NCBI GenBank assembly: GCA_964016885.1
Contig: OZ024762.1
Coordinates: 29,326,001 to 29,390,000 of the forward strand
DNA: 64,000 nucleotides
Reading direction: 5' to 3'
Source: Eledone cirrhosa
Lineage: Eukaryota
Below are positions 48,501-61,940 of this stretch, piece after piece (within the stretch, counting starts at the first letter, position 1; each line of letters begins with the position of its first letter). A program made the translations under genes and the position numbers. Below the pieces are notes generated by a model. That model saw nothing but the letters and a program-made list of their open reading frames with translations. It searched no databases and was not told where the DNA came from.

Positions 48501-51500
48501 GTGGTGGGTTGGCAGTATTCGTAGAGGGTCAGATGTCAGGTTAGGGTGGTGGGTTGGCAGTAAGGGTAGAGGGTCAGATGTCAGGTTAGGGTGGTGGGTT
48601 GCCAGTATTGGTAGAGGGTCAGATGTCAGGTTAGGGTGGTGGGTTGGCAGTATTGGTAGAGGGTCAGATGTCAGGTTAGGGTGGTGGGTTGGCAGTATTG
48701 GTAGAGGGTCAGACGCCATGTTAGGGTGGTGGGTTGGCAGTATTGGTAGAGGGTCAGATGTCATGTTATGGTGGTGGGTTGGCAGTATTGGTAGAGGGTC
48801 AGATGTCATGTTAGGGTGGTGGGTTGGCAGTATTGGTAGAGGGTCAGATGTCAGGTTAGGGTGATGGGTTGGCAGTAAGCGTAGAGGGTCAGATGTCAGG
48901 TTAGGGTGGTGGTTTGCCAGTATTGTTAGAGGGTCAGATGTCAGGTTAGAGTGGTGGGTTGGCAGTATTGGTAGAGGGTCAGATGTCAGGTTAGGGTGGT
49001 GGGTTGGCAGTATTGGTAGAGGGTCAGATGTCAGGTTAGGGTGGTGGGTTGTCAGTAAGGGTAGAGGGTCAGATGTCATGTTAGGGTGGTGGGTTGGCAG
49101 TATTGGTAGAGGGTCAGATGTCATGTTAGGGTGGTGGGTTGGCAGTATTGGTAGAGGGTCAGATGTCATGTTAGGGTGGTGGGTTGGCAGTATTGGTAGA
49201 GGATCAGATGTCATGTTAGGGTGGTGGGTTGGCAGTATTGGTAGAGGGTCAGATGTCAGGTTAGGGTGGTGCGTTGGTAGTAAGGGTAGAGGGTCAGATG
49301 TCAGGTTAGGGTGGTGCGTTGGTAGTAAGGGTAGAGGGTCAGATGTCAGGTTAGGGTGGTGGGTTGGCAGTATTGGTAGAGGGTCAGATGTCATGTTAGT
49401 GTGGTGGGTTGGCAGTATTGGTAGAGGGTCCGATGTCAGGTTAGGGTGGTGGGTTGGCAGTAAGGGTAGAGTGTCAGACACCATGTTAGGGTGGTGGGTT
49501 GGCAGTAAGGGTAGAGGGTCAGACACCATGTTAAGGTGATGGGTTGGCAGTAAGGGTAGAGGGTCAGATGCCATGTTAGGGTGGTGGGTTGGCAGTAAGG
49601 GTAGAGGGTCAGATGCCATGTTATGGTGGTGGGTTGGCAGTAAGGGTAGAGGGTCAGATGTCATGTTAGTGTGGTGGTTTGGCAGTAAGGGTAGAGGGTC
49701 AGATGTCAGGTTAGGGTGGTGGGTTGTCAGTAAGGGTAGAGGGTCAGATGTCAGGTTAGGGTGGTGGGTTGGCAGTAAGGGTAGAGGGTCAGATGTCAGG
49801 TTAGGGTGGTGGGTTGTCAGTAAGGGTAGAGGGTCAGATGTCAGGTTAGGGTGGTGGGTTGGCAGTAAGGGTAGAGGGTCAGATGTCAGGTTAGGGTGGT
49901 GGGTTGGCAGTAAGGGTAGAGGGTCAGATGTCAGGTTAGGGTGGTGGGTTGGCAGTAAGGGTAGAGGGTCAGATGTCATGTTAGGGTGGTGGGTTGGCAG
50001 TATTGGTAGAGGGCCAGACGCCATGTTAGGGTGGGGGGTTGGCAGTATTGGTAGAGGGTCAGATGTCATGTTAGGGTGGTGGGTTGGCAGTATTGGTAGA
50101 GGGTCAGATGTCAGGTTAGGGTGGTGGGTTGGCAGTATTCGTAGAGGGTCAGATGTCAGGTTAGGGTGGTGGGTTGGCAGTAAGGGTAGAGGGTCAGATG
50201 TCAGGTTAGGGTGGTGGGTTGCCAGTATTGGTAGAGGGTCAGATGTCAGGTTAGGGTGGTGGGTTGGCAGTATTGGTAGAGGGTCAGATGTCATGTTAGG
50301 GTGGTGGGTTGGCAGTATTGGTAGAGGGTCAGATGTCATGTTAGGGTGGTGGGTTGGCAGTATTGGTAGAGGGTCAGATGTCAGGTTAGGGTGATGGGTT
50401 GGCAGTAAGCGTAGAGGGTCAGATGTCAGGTTAGGGTGGTGGTTTGCCAGTATTGTTAGAGGGTCAGATGTCAGGTTAGGGTGGTGGGTTGGCAATATTG
50501 GTAGAGGGTCAGATGTCAGGTTAGGGTGGTGGGTTGGCAGTATTGGTAGAGGGTCAGATGTCAGGTTAGGGTGGTGGGTTGTCAGTAAGGGTAGAGGGTC
50601 AGATGTCAGGTTAGGGTGGTGGGTTGGCAGTATTGGTAGAGGGTCAGATGTCATGTTAGGGTGGTGGGTTGGCAGTATTGGTAGAGGGTCAGATGTCATG
50701 TTAGGGTGGTGGGTTGGCAGTATTGGTAGAGGATCAGAAGTCATGTTAGGGTGGTGGGTTGGCAGTATTGGTAGAGGGTCAGATGTCAGGTTAGGGTGGT
50801 GGTTTGGCAGTATTGGTAGAGGGTCAGATGTCATGTTAGGGTGGTGGTTTGGCAGTAAGGGTAGAGGGTCAGATGTCATGTTAGGGTGGTGGGTTGGCAG
50901 TAAGGGTAGAGGGTCAGATGTCATGTTAGGGTGGTGGGTTGGCAGTATTGGTAGAGGGTCAGACGCCATGTTAGGGTGGTGGGTTGGCAGTATTGGTAGA
51001 GGGTCAGATGTCATGTTAGGGTGGTGGGTTGGCAGTATTGGTAGAGGGTCAGATGTCATGTTAGGGTGGTGGGTTGGCAGTATTGGTAGAGGGTCAGATG
51101 TCAGGTTAGGGTGGTGGGTTGGCAGTAAGAGTAGAGGGTCAGATGTCAGGTTAGGGTGGTGGGTTGCCAGTATTGGTAGAGGGTCAGATGTCAGGTTAGG
51201 GTGGTGGGTTGGCAGTATTGGTAGAGGGTCAGATGTCAGGTTAGGGTGGTGGGTTGGCAGTATTGGTAGAGGGTCAGATGTCAGGTGAGGGTGGTGGGTT
51301 GGCAGTAAGGGTAGAGGGTCAGATGTCAGGTTAGGGTGGTGGGTTGGCAGTATTGGTAGAGGGTCAGATGTCATGTTAGGGTGGTGGGTTGGCAGTATTG
51401 GTAGAGGGTCAGATGTCATGTTAGGGTGGTGGGTTGGCAGTATTGGTAGAGGATCAGATGTCATGTTAGGGTGGTGGGTTGGCAGTATTGGTAGAGGGTC

Positions 51501-54480
51501 AGATGTCAGGTTAGGGTGGTGGGTTGGCAGTAAGGGTAGAGGGTCAGATGTCAGGTTAGGGTGGTGGGTTGGCAGTATTGGTAGAGGGTCAGATGTCAGG
51601 TTAGGGTGGTGGGTTGGCAGTAAGGGTAGAGGGTCAGATGTCAGGTTAGGGTGGTGGGTTGGCAGTAAGGGTAGAGGGTCAGATGTCAGGTTATGGTGGT
51701 GGGTTGGCAGTATTGGTAGAGGGTCAGATGTCAGGTTAGGGTGGTGGGTTGGCAGTATTGGTAGAGGGTCAGATGTCAGGTTAGGGTGGTGGGTTGGCAG
51801 TATTGGTAGAGGGTCAGATGTCAGGTTAGGGTGGTGGGTTGGCAGTAAGGGTAGAGGGTCAGATGTCATGTTAGGGTGGTGGGTTGGCAGTATTGGTAGA
51901 GGGTCAGATGTCAGGTTAGGGTGGTGGGTTGTCAGTAAGGGTAGAGGCTCAGATGTCAGGTTAGGTTGGTGGGTTGTCAGTAAGGGTAGAGGGTCAGATG
52001 TCAGGTTAGGGTGGTGGGTTGGCAGTAAGGGTAGAGGGTCAGATGTCATGTTAGGGTGGTGGGTTGGCAGTAAGGGTAGAGGGTCAGATGTCATGTTAGG
52101 GTGGTGGGTTGGCAGTAAGGGTAGAGGGTCAGACACCATGTTAGGGTGGTGGGTTGGCAGTAAGGGTAGAGGGTCAGATGTCATGTTAGGGTGGTGGGTT
52201 GGCAGTAAGGGTAGAGGGTCAGATGTCAGGTTAGGGTGGTGGGTTGTCAGTAAGGGTAGAGGGTCAGATGTCAGGTTAGGGTGGTGGGTTGGCAGTAAGG
52301 GTAGAGGGTCAGATGTCATGTTATGGTGGTGGGTTTGCAGTATTGGTAGAGGGTCAGATGTCAGGTTAGGGTGGTGGGTTGGCAGTATTGGTAGAGGGTC
52401 ACATGACAGGTTAGGGAGGTGGTTTGGCAGTATTGGTAGAGGGTCAGATGTCAGGTTAGGGTGGTGGTTTGGCAGTATTGGTAGAGGGTCAGATGTCATG
52501 TTAGGGTGGTGGTTTGGAAGTAAGGGTAGAGGGTCAGATGTCCTGTTAGGGTGGTGGGTTGGCAGTAAGGGTAGAGGGTCAGATGTCATGTTAGGGTGGT
52601 GGGTTGGCAGTATTGGTAGAGGGTCAGACGCCATGTTAGGGTGGTGGGTTGGCAGTATTGGTAGAGGGTCAGATGTCATGTTAGGGTGGTGGGTTGGCAG
52701 TATTGGTAGAGGGTCAGATGTCATGTTAGGGTGGTGGGTTGGCAGTATTGGTAGAGGGTCAGATGTTAGGTTAGGGTGGTGGGTTGGCAGTAAGGGTAGA
52801 GGGTCAGATGTCAGGTTAGTGTGGTGGGTTGCCAGTATTGGTAGAGGGTCAGATGTCAGGTTAGGGTGGTGGGTTGGCAGTATTGGTAGAGGGTCAGATG
52901 TCAGGTTAGGGTGGTGGGTTGGCAGTATTGGTAGAGGGTCAGACGCCATGTTAGGGTGGTGGGTTGGCAGTATTGGTAGAGGGTCAGATGTCATGTTAGG
53001 GTGGTGGGTTGGCAGTATTGGTAGAGGGTCAGATGTCATGTTAGGGTGGTGGGTTGGCAGTATTCGTAGAGGGTCAGATGTCAGGTTAGGGTGGTGGGTT
53101 GGCAGTAAGGGTAGAGGGTCAGATGTCAGGTTAGGGTGGTGGGTTGCCAGTATTGGTAGAGGGTCAGATGTCAGGTTAGGGTGGTGGGTTGGCAGTATTG
53201 GTAGAGGGTCAGATGTCAGGTTAGGGTGGTGGGTTGGCAGTATTGGTAGAGGGTCAGACGCCATGTTAGGGTGGTGGGTTGGCAGTATTGGTAGAGGGTC
53301 AGATGTCATGTTAGGGTGGTGGGTTGGCAGTATTGGTAGAGGGTCAGATGTCAGGTTAGGGTGATGGGTTGGCAGTAAGCGTAGAGGGTCAGATGTCAGG
53401 TTAGGGTGGTGGTTTGCCAGTATTGTTAGAGGGTCAGATGTCAGGTTAGGGTGGTGGGTTGGCAGTATTGGTAGAGGGTCAGATGTCAGGTTAGGGTGGT
53501 GGGTTGGCTGTATTGGTAGAGGGTCAGATGTCAGGTTAGGGTGGTGGGTTGTCAGTAAGGGTAGAGGGTCAGATGTCATGTTAGGGTGGTGGGTTGGCAG
53601 TATTGGTAGAGGGTCAGATGTCATGTTAGGGTGGTGGGTTGGCAGTATTGGTAGAGGGTCAGATGTCATGTTAGGGTGGTGGGTTGGCAGTATTGGTAGA
53701 GGATCAGATGTCATGTTAGGGTGGTGGGTTGGCAGTATTGGTAGAGGGTCAGATGTCAGGTTAGGGTGGTGCGTTGGTAGTAAGGGTAGAGGGTCAGATG
53801 TCAGGTTAGGGTGGTGCGTTGGTAGTAAGGGTAGAGGGTCAGATGTCAGGTTAGGGTGGTGGGTTGGCAGTATTGGTAGAGGGTCAGATGTCATGTTAGG
53901 GTGGTGGGTTGGCAGTATTGGTAGAGGGTCCGATGTCAGGTTAGGGTGGTGGGTTGGCAGTAAGGGTAGAGTGTCAGACACCATGTTAGGGTGGTGGGTT
54001 GGCAGTAAGGGTAGAGGGTCAGACACCATGTTAAGGTGATGGGTTGGCAGTAAGGGTAGAGGGTCAGATGCCATGTTAGGGTGGTGGGTTGGCAGTAAGG
54101 GTAGAGGGTCAGATGCCATGTTATGGTGGTGGGTTGGCAGTAAGGGTAGAGGGTCAGATGTCATGTTAGTGTGGTGGTTTGGCAGTAAGGGTAGAGGGTC
54201 AGATGTCAGGTTAGGGTGGTGGGTTGTCAGTAAGGGTAGAGGGTCAGATGTCAGGTTAGGGTGGTGGGTTGGGAGTAAGGGTAGAGGGTCAGATGTCAGG
54301 TTAGGGTGGTGGGTTGTCAGTAAGGGTAGAGGGTCAGATGTCAGGTTAGGGTGGTGGGTTGGCAGTAAGGGTAGAGGGTCAGATGTCAGGTTAGGGTGGT
54401 GGGTTGGCAGTAAGGGTAGAGGGTCAGATGTCAGGTTAGGGTGGTGGGTTGGCAGTAAGGGTAGAGGGTCAGATGTCAGG
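45555..54480 (+). repeat. Tandem duplication of about 4.5 kb (about 45555-49980 vs 50100-54480)
   Basis: TATTCGT at 45596/50140; TGA variants ending 45850/50394 and 48864/53364; GTGAGGG 46744/51288; CACATGACAGG..GGGAGG 47855/52400; TTAAGGTGA 49539/54039. Offsets are 4544-4545, then 4500. Confidence 0.88.
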
Positions 54481-57400
54481 TTAGGGTGGTGGGTGGGCAG
54501 TAAGGGTAGAGGGTCAGATGTCATGTTAGGGTGGTGGGTTTGCAGTATTGGTAGAAGGTCAGATGTCAGGTTAGGGTGGTGGGTTGGCAGTATTGGTAGA
54601 GGGTCACATGTCAGGTTAGGGTGGTGGTTTGGCAGTATTGGTAGAGGGTCAGATGTCAGGTTAGGGTGGTGGTTTGGCAGTATTGGTAGAGGGTCAGATG
54701 TCATGTTAGGGTGGTGGTTTGGCAGTAAGGGTAGAGGGTCAGATGTCATGTTAGGGTGGTGGGTTGGCAGGAAGGGTAGAGGGTCAGATGTAATGTTAGG
54801 GTGGTGGGTTGGCAGTATTGGTAGAGGGTCAGACGCCATGTTAGGGTGGTGGGTTGGCAGTATTGGTAGAGGGTCAGATGTCATGTTAGGGTGGTGGGTT
54901 GGCAGTAAGGGTAGAGGGTCAGATGTCAGGTTAGGGTGGTGGGTTGCCAGTATTGCTAGAGGGTCAGATGTCAGGTTAGAGTGGTGGGTTGGCAGTATTG
55001 GTAGAGGGTCAGATGTCAGGTTAGGGTGGTGGGTTGGCAGTATTGGTAGAGTGTCAGATGTCATGTTAGGGTGGTGGGTTGGCAGTATTGGTAGAGGGTC
55101 AGATGTCAGGTTATGGTGGTGGGTTGGTAGTAAGGGTAGAGGGTCAGATGTCAGGTTAGGGTGGTGGGTTGCCAGTATTGGTAGAGGGTCAGATGTCAGG
55201 TTAGGGTGGTGGGTTGGCAGTATTGGTAGAGGGTCCGATGTCAGGTTAAGGTGGTGGGTTGGCAGTAAGGGTAGAGTGTCAGACACCATGTTAGGGTGGT
55301 CGGTTGGCAGTAAGGGTAGAGGGTCAGACACCATGTTAGGGTGATGGGTTGGCAGTAAGGGTAGAGGGTCAGATGCCATGTTAGGGTGGTGGGTTGGCAG
55401 TAAGGGTAGAGGGTCAGATGCCATGTTATGGTGGTGGGTTGGCAGTAAGGGTAGAGGGTCAGATGTCATGTTAGGGTGGTGGTTTGGCAGTAAGCGTAGA
55501 GGGTCAGATGTCAGGTTAGGGTGGTGGGTTGTCAGTAAGGGTAGAGGGTCAGATGTCAGGTTAGGGTGGTGGGTTGGCAGTAAGGGTAGAGGGTCAGATG
55601 TCAGGTTAGGGTGGTGGGTTGTCAGTATTGGTAGAGGGTCAGATGTCAGGTTAGGGTGGTGGGTTGTCAGTAAGTGTAGAGGGTCAGATGTCAGGTTAGG
55701 GTGGTGGGTTGGCAGTAAGGGTAGAGGGTCAGATGTCAGGTTAGGGTGGTGGGTTGGCAGTAAGGGTAGAGGGTCATATGTCAGGTTAGGGTGGTGGGTT
55801 GGCAGTAAGGGTAGAGGGTCAGATGTCATGTTAGGGTGGTGGGTTGGCAGTAAGGGTAGAGGGTCAGATGTCATGTTAGGGTGGTGGGTTGGCAGTAAGG
55901 GTAGAGGGTCAGACACCATGTTAGGGTGGTGGGTTGGCAGTTAGGGTAGAGGGTCAGATGTCATGTTATGGTGGTGGGTTGGCAGTAAGGGTAGAGGGTC
56001 AGATGTCAGGTTAGGGTGGTGGGTTGTCAGTAAGGGTAGAGGGTCAGATGTCAGGTTAGGGTGGTGGGTTGGCAGTAAGGGTAGAGGGTCAGATGTCATG
56101 TTAGGGTGGTGGGTTTGCAGTATTGGTAGAGGGTCAGATGTCAGGTTAGGGTGGTGGGTTGGCAGTATTGGTAGAGGGTCAGATGTCAGGTTAGGGTGGT
56201 GGGTTGTCAGTAAGGGTAGAGGGTCAGATGTCAGGTTAGGGTGGTGGGTTGGCAGTATTGGTAGAGGGTCAGATGTCATGTTAGGGTGGTGGGTTGGCAG
56301 TATTGGTAGAGGGTCAGATGTCATGTTAGGGTGGTGGGTTGGCAGTATTGGTAGAGGATCAGATGTCATGTTAGGGTGGTGGGTTGGCAGTATTGGTAGA
56401 GGGTCAGATGTCAGGTTAGGGTGGTGGGTTGGCAGTAAGGGTAGAGGGTCAGATGTCAGGTTAGGGTGGTGGGTTGGCAGTAAGGGTAGAGGGTCAGATG
56501 TCAGGTTAGGGTGGTGGGTTGGCAGTATTGGTAGAGGGTCAGATGTCATGTTAGGGTGGTGGGTTGGCAGTATTGGTAGAGGGTCCGATGTCAGGTTAGG
56601 GTGGTGGGTTGGCAGTATTGGTAGAGGGTCAGATGTCAGGTTAGGGTGGTGGGTTGGTAGTAAGGGTAGAGGGTCAGATGTCATTTTAGAGTGGTGGGTT
56701 GGCAGTATTGGTAGAGGGTCAGATGTCAGGTTAGGGTGGTAGATTGGCAGTATTGGTAGAGGGTCAGATGTGAGGTTAGGGTGGTGGTTTGGCAGTAAGG
56801 GTAGAGGGTCAGATGTCATGTTAGGGTGGTGGGTTGGCAGTAAGGGTAGAGGGTCAGATGTCATGTTAGGGTGGTGGGTTTGCAGTATTGGTAGAGGGTC
56901 AGATGTCAGGTTAGGGTGGTGGGTTGGCAGTATTGGTAGAGGGTCACATGTCAGGTTAGGGTGGTGGTTTGGCAGTATTGGTAGAGGGTCAGATGTCATG
57001 TTAGGGTGGTGGTTTGGCAGTATTGGTAGAGGGTCAGATGTCATGTTAGGGTGGAGGTTTGGCAGTAAGGGTAGAGGGTCAGATATCATGTTAGGGTGGT
57101 GGGTTTGCAGTAAGGGTAGAGGGTCAGATGTCATGTTAGGGTGGTGGGTTGGCAGTATTGGTAGAGGGTCAGACGCCATGTTAGGGTGTTGGGTTGGCAG
57201 TATTGGTAGAGGGTCAGATGTCATGTTAGGGTGGTGGGTTGGCAGTATTGGTAGAGGGTCAGATGTCATGTTAGGGTGGTGGGTTGGCAGTATTGGTAGA
57301 GGGTCAGATGTCAGGTTAGGGTGGTGGGTTGGCAGTAAGAGTAGAGGGTCAGATGTCAGGTTAGGGTGGTGGGTTGCCAGTATTGGTAGAGGGTCAGATG

Positions 57401-59149
57401 TCAGGTTAGGGTGGTGGGTTGGCAGTATTGGTAGAGGGTCAGATGTCAGGTTAGGGTGGTGGGTTGGCAGTATTGGTAGAGGGTCAGATGTCAGGTTAGG
57501 GTGGTGGGTTGGCAGTAAGGGTAGAGGGTCACATGTCAGGTTAGGGTGGTGGGTTGGCAGTATTGGTAGTAGGGTCAGATGTCATGTTAGGGTGGTGGGT
57601 TGGCAGTATTGGTAGAGGGTCAGATGTCATGTTAGGGTGGTGGGTTGGCAGTATTGGTAGAGGATCAGATGTCATGTTAGGGTGGTGGGTTGGCAGTATT
57701 GGTAGAGGGTCAGATGTCAGGTTAGGGTGGTGGGTTGGCAGTAAGGGTAGAGGGTCAGATCTCAGGTTAGGGTGGTGGGTTGGCAGTATTGGTAGAGGGT
57801 CAGATGTCAGGTTAGGGTGGTGGGTTGGCAGTAAGGGTAGAGGGTCAGATGTCAGGTTAGGGTGGTGGGTTGGCAGTAAGGGTAGAGGGTCAGATGTCAG
57901 GTTATGGTGGTGGGTTGGCAGTATTGGTAGAGGGTCAGATGTCAGGTTAGGGTGGTGGGTTGGCAGTATTGGTAGAGGGTCAGATGTCAGGTTAGGGTGG
58001 TGGGTTGGCAGTATTGGTAGAGGGTCAGATGTCAGGTTAGGGTGGTGGGTTGGCAGTAAGGGTAGAGGGTCAGACACCATGTTAGGGTGGTGGGTTGTCA
58101 GTAAGGGTAGAGGGTCAGATGTCAGGTTATGGTGGTGGGTTGGCAGTAAGGGTAGAGGGTCAGATGTCAGGTTAGGGTGGTGGGTTGTCAGTAAGGGTAG
58201 AGGCTCAGATGTCAGGTTAGGGTGGTGGGTTGTCAGTAAGGGTAGAGGGTCAGATGTCAGGTTAGGGTGGTGGGTTGGCAGTAAGGGTAGAGGGTCAGAT
58301 GTCAGGTTAGGGTGGTGGGTTGGCAGTAAGGGTAGAGGGTCAGATGTCAGGTTAGGGTGGTGGGTTGGCAGTAAGGGTAGAGGGTCAGATGTCATGTTAG
58401 GGTGGTGGGTTGGCAGTAAGGGTAGAGGGTCAGACACCATGTTAGGGTGGTGGGTTGGCAGTAAGGGTAGAGGGTCAGATGTCATGTTAGGGTGGTGGGT
58501 TGGCAGTAAGGGTAGAGGGTCAGATGTCAGGTTAGGGTGGTGGGTTGTCAGTAAGGGTAGAGGGTCAGATGTCAGGTAAGGGTGGTGGGTTGGCAGTAAG
58601 GGTAGAGGGTCAGATATCATGTTAGGGTGGTGGGTTTGCAGTATTGGTAGAGGGTCAGATGTCAGGTTAGGGTGGTGGTTTGGCAGTATTGGTAGAGGGT
58701 CAGATGTCATGTTAGGGTGGTGGTTTGGCAGTAAGGGTAGAGGGTCAGATGTCAGGTTAGGGTGGTGGGTTGGCAGTATTGGTAGAGGGTCATATGTCAG
58801 GTTAGGGTGGTGGGTTGGCAGTAAGGGTAGAGGGTCAGACACCATGTTAGGGTGGTGGGTTGGCAGTAAGGGTAGAGGGTCAGATGTCAGGTTAGGGTGG
58901 TGGGTTGGCAGTAAGGGTAGAGGGTCAGATGTCAGGTTAGGGTGGTGAGTTGGCAGTAAGGGTAGAGGGTCAGATGTCAGGTTAGGGTGGTGGGTTGGCA
59001 GTATTAGTAGAGGGTCAGATGTCAGGTTAGGGTGGTGGGTTGGTAGTAAGGGTAGAGGGTCAGATGTCATTTTAGGGTGGTGGGTTGGCAGTATTGGTAG
59101 AGGGTCAGATGTCAGGTTAGGGTGGTAGATTGGCAGTATTGGTAGAGGG

Positions 59150-61940
59150 TCAGATGTGAGGTTAGGGTGGTGGGTTGGCAGTAAGGGTAGAGGGTCAGAT
59201 GTCAGGTTAGGGTGGTGGGTTGGCAGTAAGGGTAGAGGGTCAGATGTCATGTTAGGGTGGTGGGTTTGCAGTATTGGTAGAGGGTCAGATGTCAGGTTAG
59301 GGTGGTGGGTTGGCAGTATTGGTAGAGGGTCACATGTCAGGTTAGGGTGGTGGTTTGGCAGTATTGGTAGAGGGTCAGATGTCATGTTAGGGTGGTGGTT
59401 TGGCAGTATTGGTAGAGGGTCAGATGTCATGTTAGGGTGGTGGTTTGGCAGTAAGGGTAGAGGGTCAGATATCATGTTAGGGTGGTGGGTTGGCAGTAAG
59501 GGTAGAGGGTCAGATGTCATGTTAGGGTGGTGGGTTGGCAGTATTGGTAGAGGGTCAGACGCCATGTTAGGGTGGTGGGTTGGCAGTATTGGTAGAGGGT
59601 CAGATGTCATGTTAGGGTGGTGGGTTGGCAGTATTGGTAGAGGGTCAGATGTCATGTTAGGGTGGTGGGTTGGCAGTATTGGTAGAGGGTCAGATGTCAG
59701 GTTAGGGTGGTGGGTTGGCAGTAAGAGTAGAGGGTCAGATGTCAGGTTAGGGTGGTGGGTTGCCAGTATTGGTAGAGGGTCAGATGTCAGGTTAGGGTGG
59801 TGGGTTGGCAGTAAGGGTAGAGGGTCAGATGTCAGGTTAGGGTGGTGGGTTGGCAGTAAGGGTAGAGGGTCAGATGTCAGGTTAGGGTGGTGGGTTGGCA
59901 GTATTGGTAGAGGGTCAGATGTCATGTTAGGGTGGTGGGTTGGCAGTATTGGTAGAGGGTCAGATGTCATGTTAGGGTGGTGGGTTGGCAGTATTGGTAG
60001 AGGATCAGATGTCATGTTAGGGTGGTGGGTTGGCAGTATTGGTAGAGGGTCAGATGTCAGGTTAGGGTGGTGGGTTGGCAGTAAGGGTAGAGGGTCAGAT
60101 CTCAGGTTAGGGTGGTGGGTTGGCAGTATTGGTAGAGGGTCAGATGTCAGGTTAGGGTGGTGGGTTGGCAGTAAGGGTAGAGGGTCAGATGTCAGGTTAG
60201 GGTGGTGGGTTGGCAGTAAGGGTAGAGGGTCAGATGTCAGGTTATGGTGGTGGGTTGGCAGTAAGGGTAGAGGGTCAGATGTCATGTTAGGGTGGTGGGT
60301 TGGCAGTATTGGTAGAGGATCAGATGTCATGTTAGGGTGGTGGGTTGGCAGTTAGGGTAGAGGGTCAGATGTCATGTTATGGTGGTGGGTTGGCAGTAAG
60401 GGTAGAGGGTCAGATGTCAGGTTAGGGTGGTGGGTTGTCAGTAAGGGTAGAGGGTCAGATGTCAGGTTAGGGTGGTGGGTTGGCAGTAAGGGTAGAGGGT
60501 CAGATGTCATGTTAGGGTGGTGGGTTTGCAGTATTGGTAGAGGGTCAGATGTGAGGTTAGGGTGGTGGTTTGGCAGTAAGGGTAGAGGGTCAGATGTCAG
60601 GTTAGGGTGGTGGGTTGGCAGTAAGGGTAGAGGGTCAGATGTCATGTTAGGGTGGTGGGTTTGCAGTATTGGTAGAGGGTCAGATGTCAGGTTAGGGTGG
60701 TGGGTTGGCAGTATTGGTAGAGGGTCACATGTCAGGTTAGGGTGGTGGTTTGGCAGTATTGGTAGAGGGTCAGATGTCATGTTAGGGTGGTGGTTTGGCA
60801 GTATTGGTAGAGGGTCAGATGTCATGTTAGGGTGGTGGTTTGGCAGTAAGGGTAGAGGGTCAGATATCATGTTAGGGTGGTGGGTTGGCAGTAAGGGTAG
60901 AGGGTCAGATGTCATGTTAGGGTGGTGGGTTGACAGTATTGGTAGAGGGTCAGACGCCATGTTAGGGTGGTGGGTTGGCAGTATTGGTAGAGGGTCAGAT
61001 GTCATGTTAGGGTGGTGGGTTGGCAGTATTGGTAGAGGGTCAGATGTCATGTTAGGGTGGTGGCTTGGCAGTATTGGTAGAGGGTCAGATGTCAGGTTAG
61101 GGTGGTGGGTTGGCAGTAAGAGTAGAGGGTCAGATGTCAGGTTAGGGTGGTGGGTTGCCAGTATTGGTAGAGGGTCAGATGTCAGGTTAGGGTGGTGGGT
61201 TGGCAGTATTGGTAGAGGGTCAGATGTCAGGTTAGGGTGGTGGGTTGGCAGTAAGGGTAGAGGGTCAGATGTCAGGTTAGGGTGGTGGGTTGGCAGTATT
61301 GGTAGAGGGTCAGATGTCATGTTAGGGTGGTGGGTTGGCAGTATTGGTAGAGGGTCAGATGTCATGTTAGGGTGGTGGGTTGGCAGTATTGGTAGAGGAT
61401 CAGATGTCATGTTAGGGTGGTGGGTTGGCAGTATTGGTAGAGGGTCAGATGTCAGGTTAGGGTGGTGGGTTGGCAGTAAGGGTAGAGGGTCAGATCTCAG
61501 GTTAGGGTGGTGGGTTGGCAGTATTGGTAGAGGGTCAGATGTCAGGTTAGGGTGGTGGGTTGGCAGTAAGGGTAGAGGGTCAGATGTCAGGTTAGGGTGG
61601 TGGGTTGGCAGTAAGGGTAGAGGGTCAGATGTCAGGTTATGGTGGTGGGTTGGCAGTAAGGGTAGAGGGTCAGATGTCATGTTAGGGTGGTGGGTTGGCA
61701 GTATTGGTAGAGGATCAGATGTCATGTTAGGGTGGTGGGTTGGCAGTTAGGGTAGAGGGTCAGATGTCATGTTATGGTGGTGGGTTGGCAGTAAGGGTAG
61801 AGGGTCAGATGTCAGGTTAGGGTGGTGGGTTGTCAGTAAGGGTAGAGGGTCAGATGTCAGGTTAGGGTGGTGGGTTGGCAGTAAGGGTAGAGGGTCAGAT
61901 GTCATGTTAGGGTGGTGGGTTTGCAGTATTGGTAGAGGGT
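59150..61940 (+). repeat. Tandem duplication of 1395 bp (31 monomers)
   Basis: GTGAGG 59156/60551, CACATG 59331/60726, GATCTCAG 60098/61493 and GCAGTTAGGG 60352/61747, all at +1395. Confidence 0.85.

Noticed and set aside
39517-55919. Giant minus-strand ORFs (2602 and 2865 aa, and others) encoding mucin-like (TSDPLPILPTHHPNL/M)n
   Set aside because: Openness is expected from composition. In this frame the consensus codons (ACA TCT GAC CCT CTA CCA/CCC ATA/TTA CTG CCA ACC CAC CAC CCT AAC CTG/ATG) include only one, TTA, that is a single step from a stop, and that TAA is present 14 times. There is no unique domain or signal peptide, frameshifts occur, and most variants are non-synonymous. RNA-seq, Ribo-seq or peptide evidence would be needed to revive the idea.
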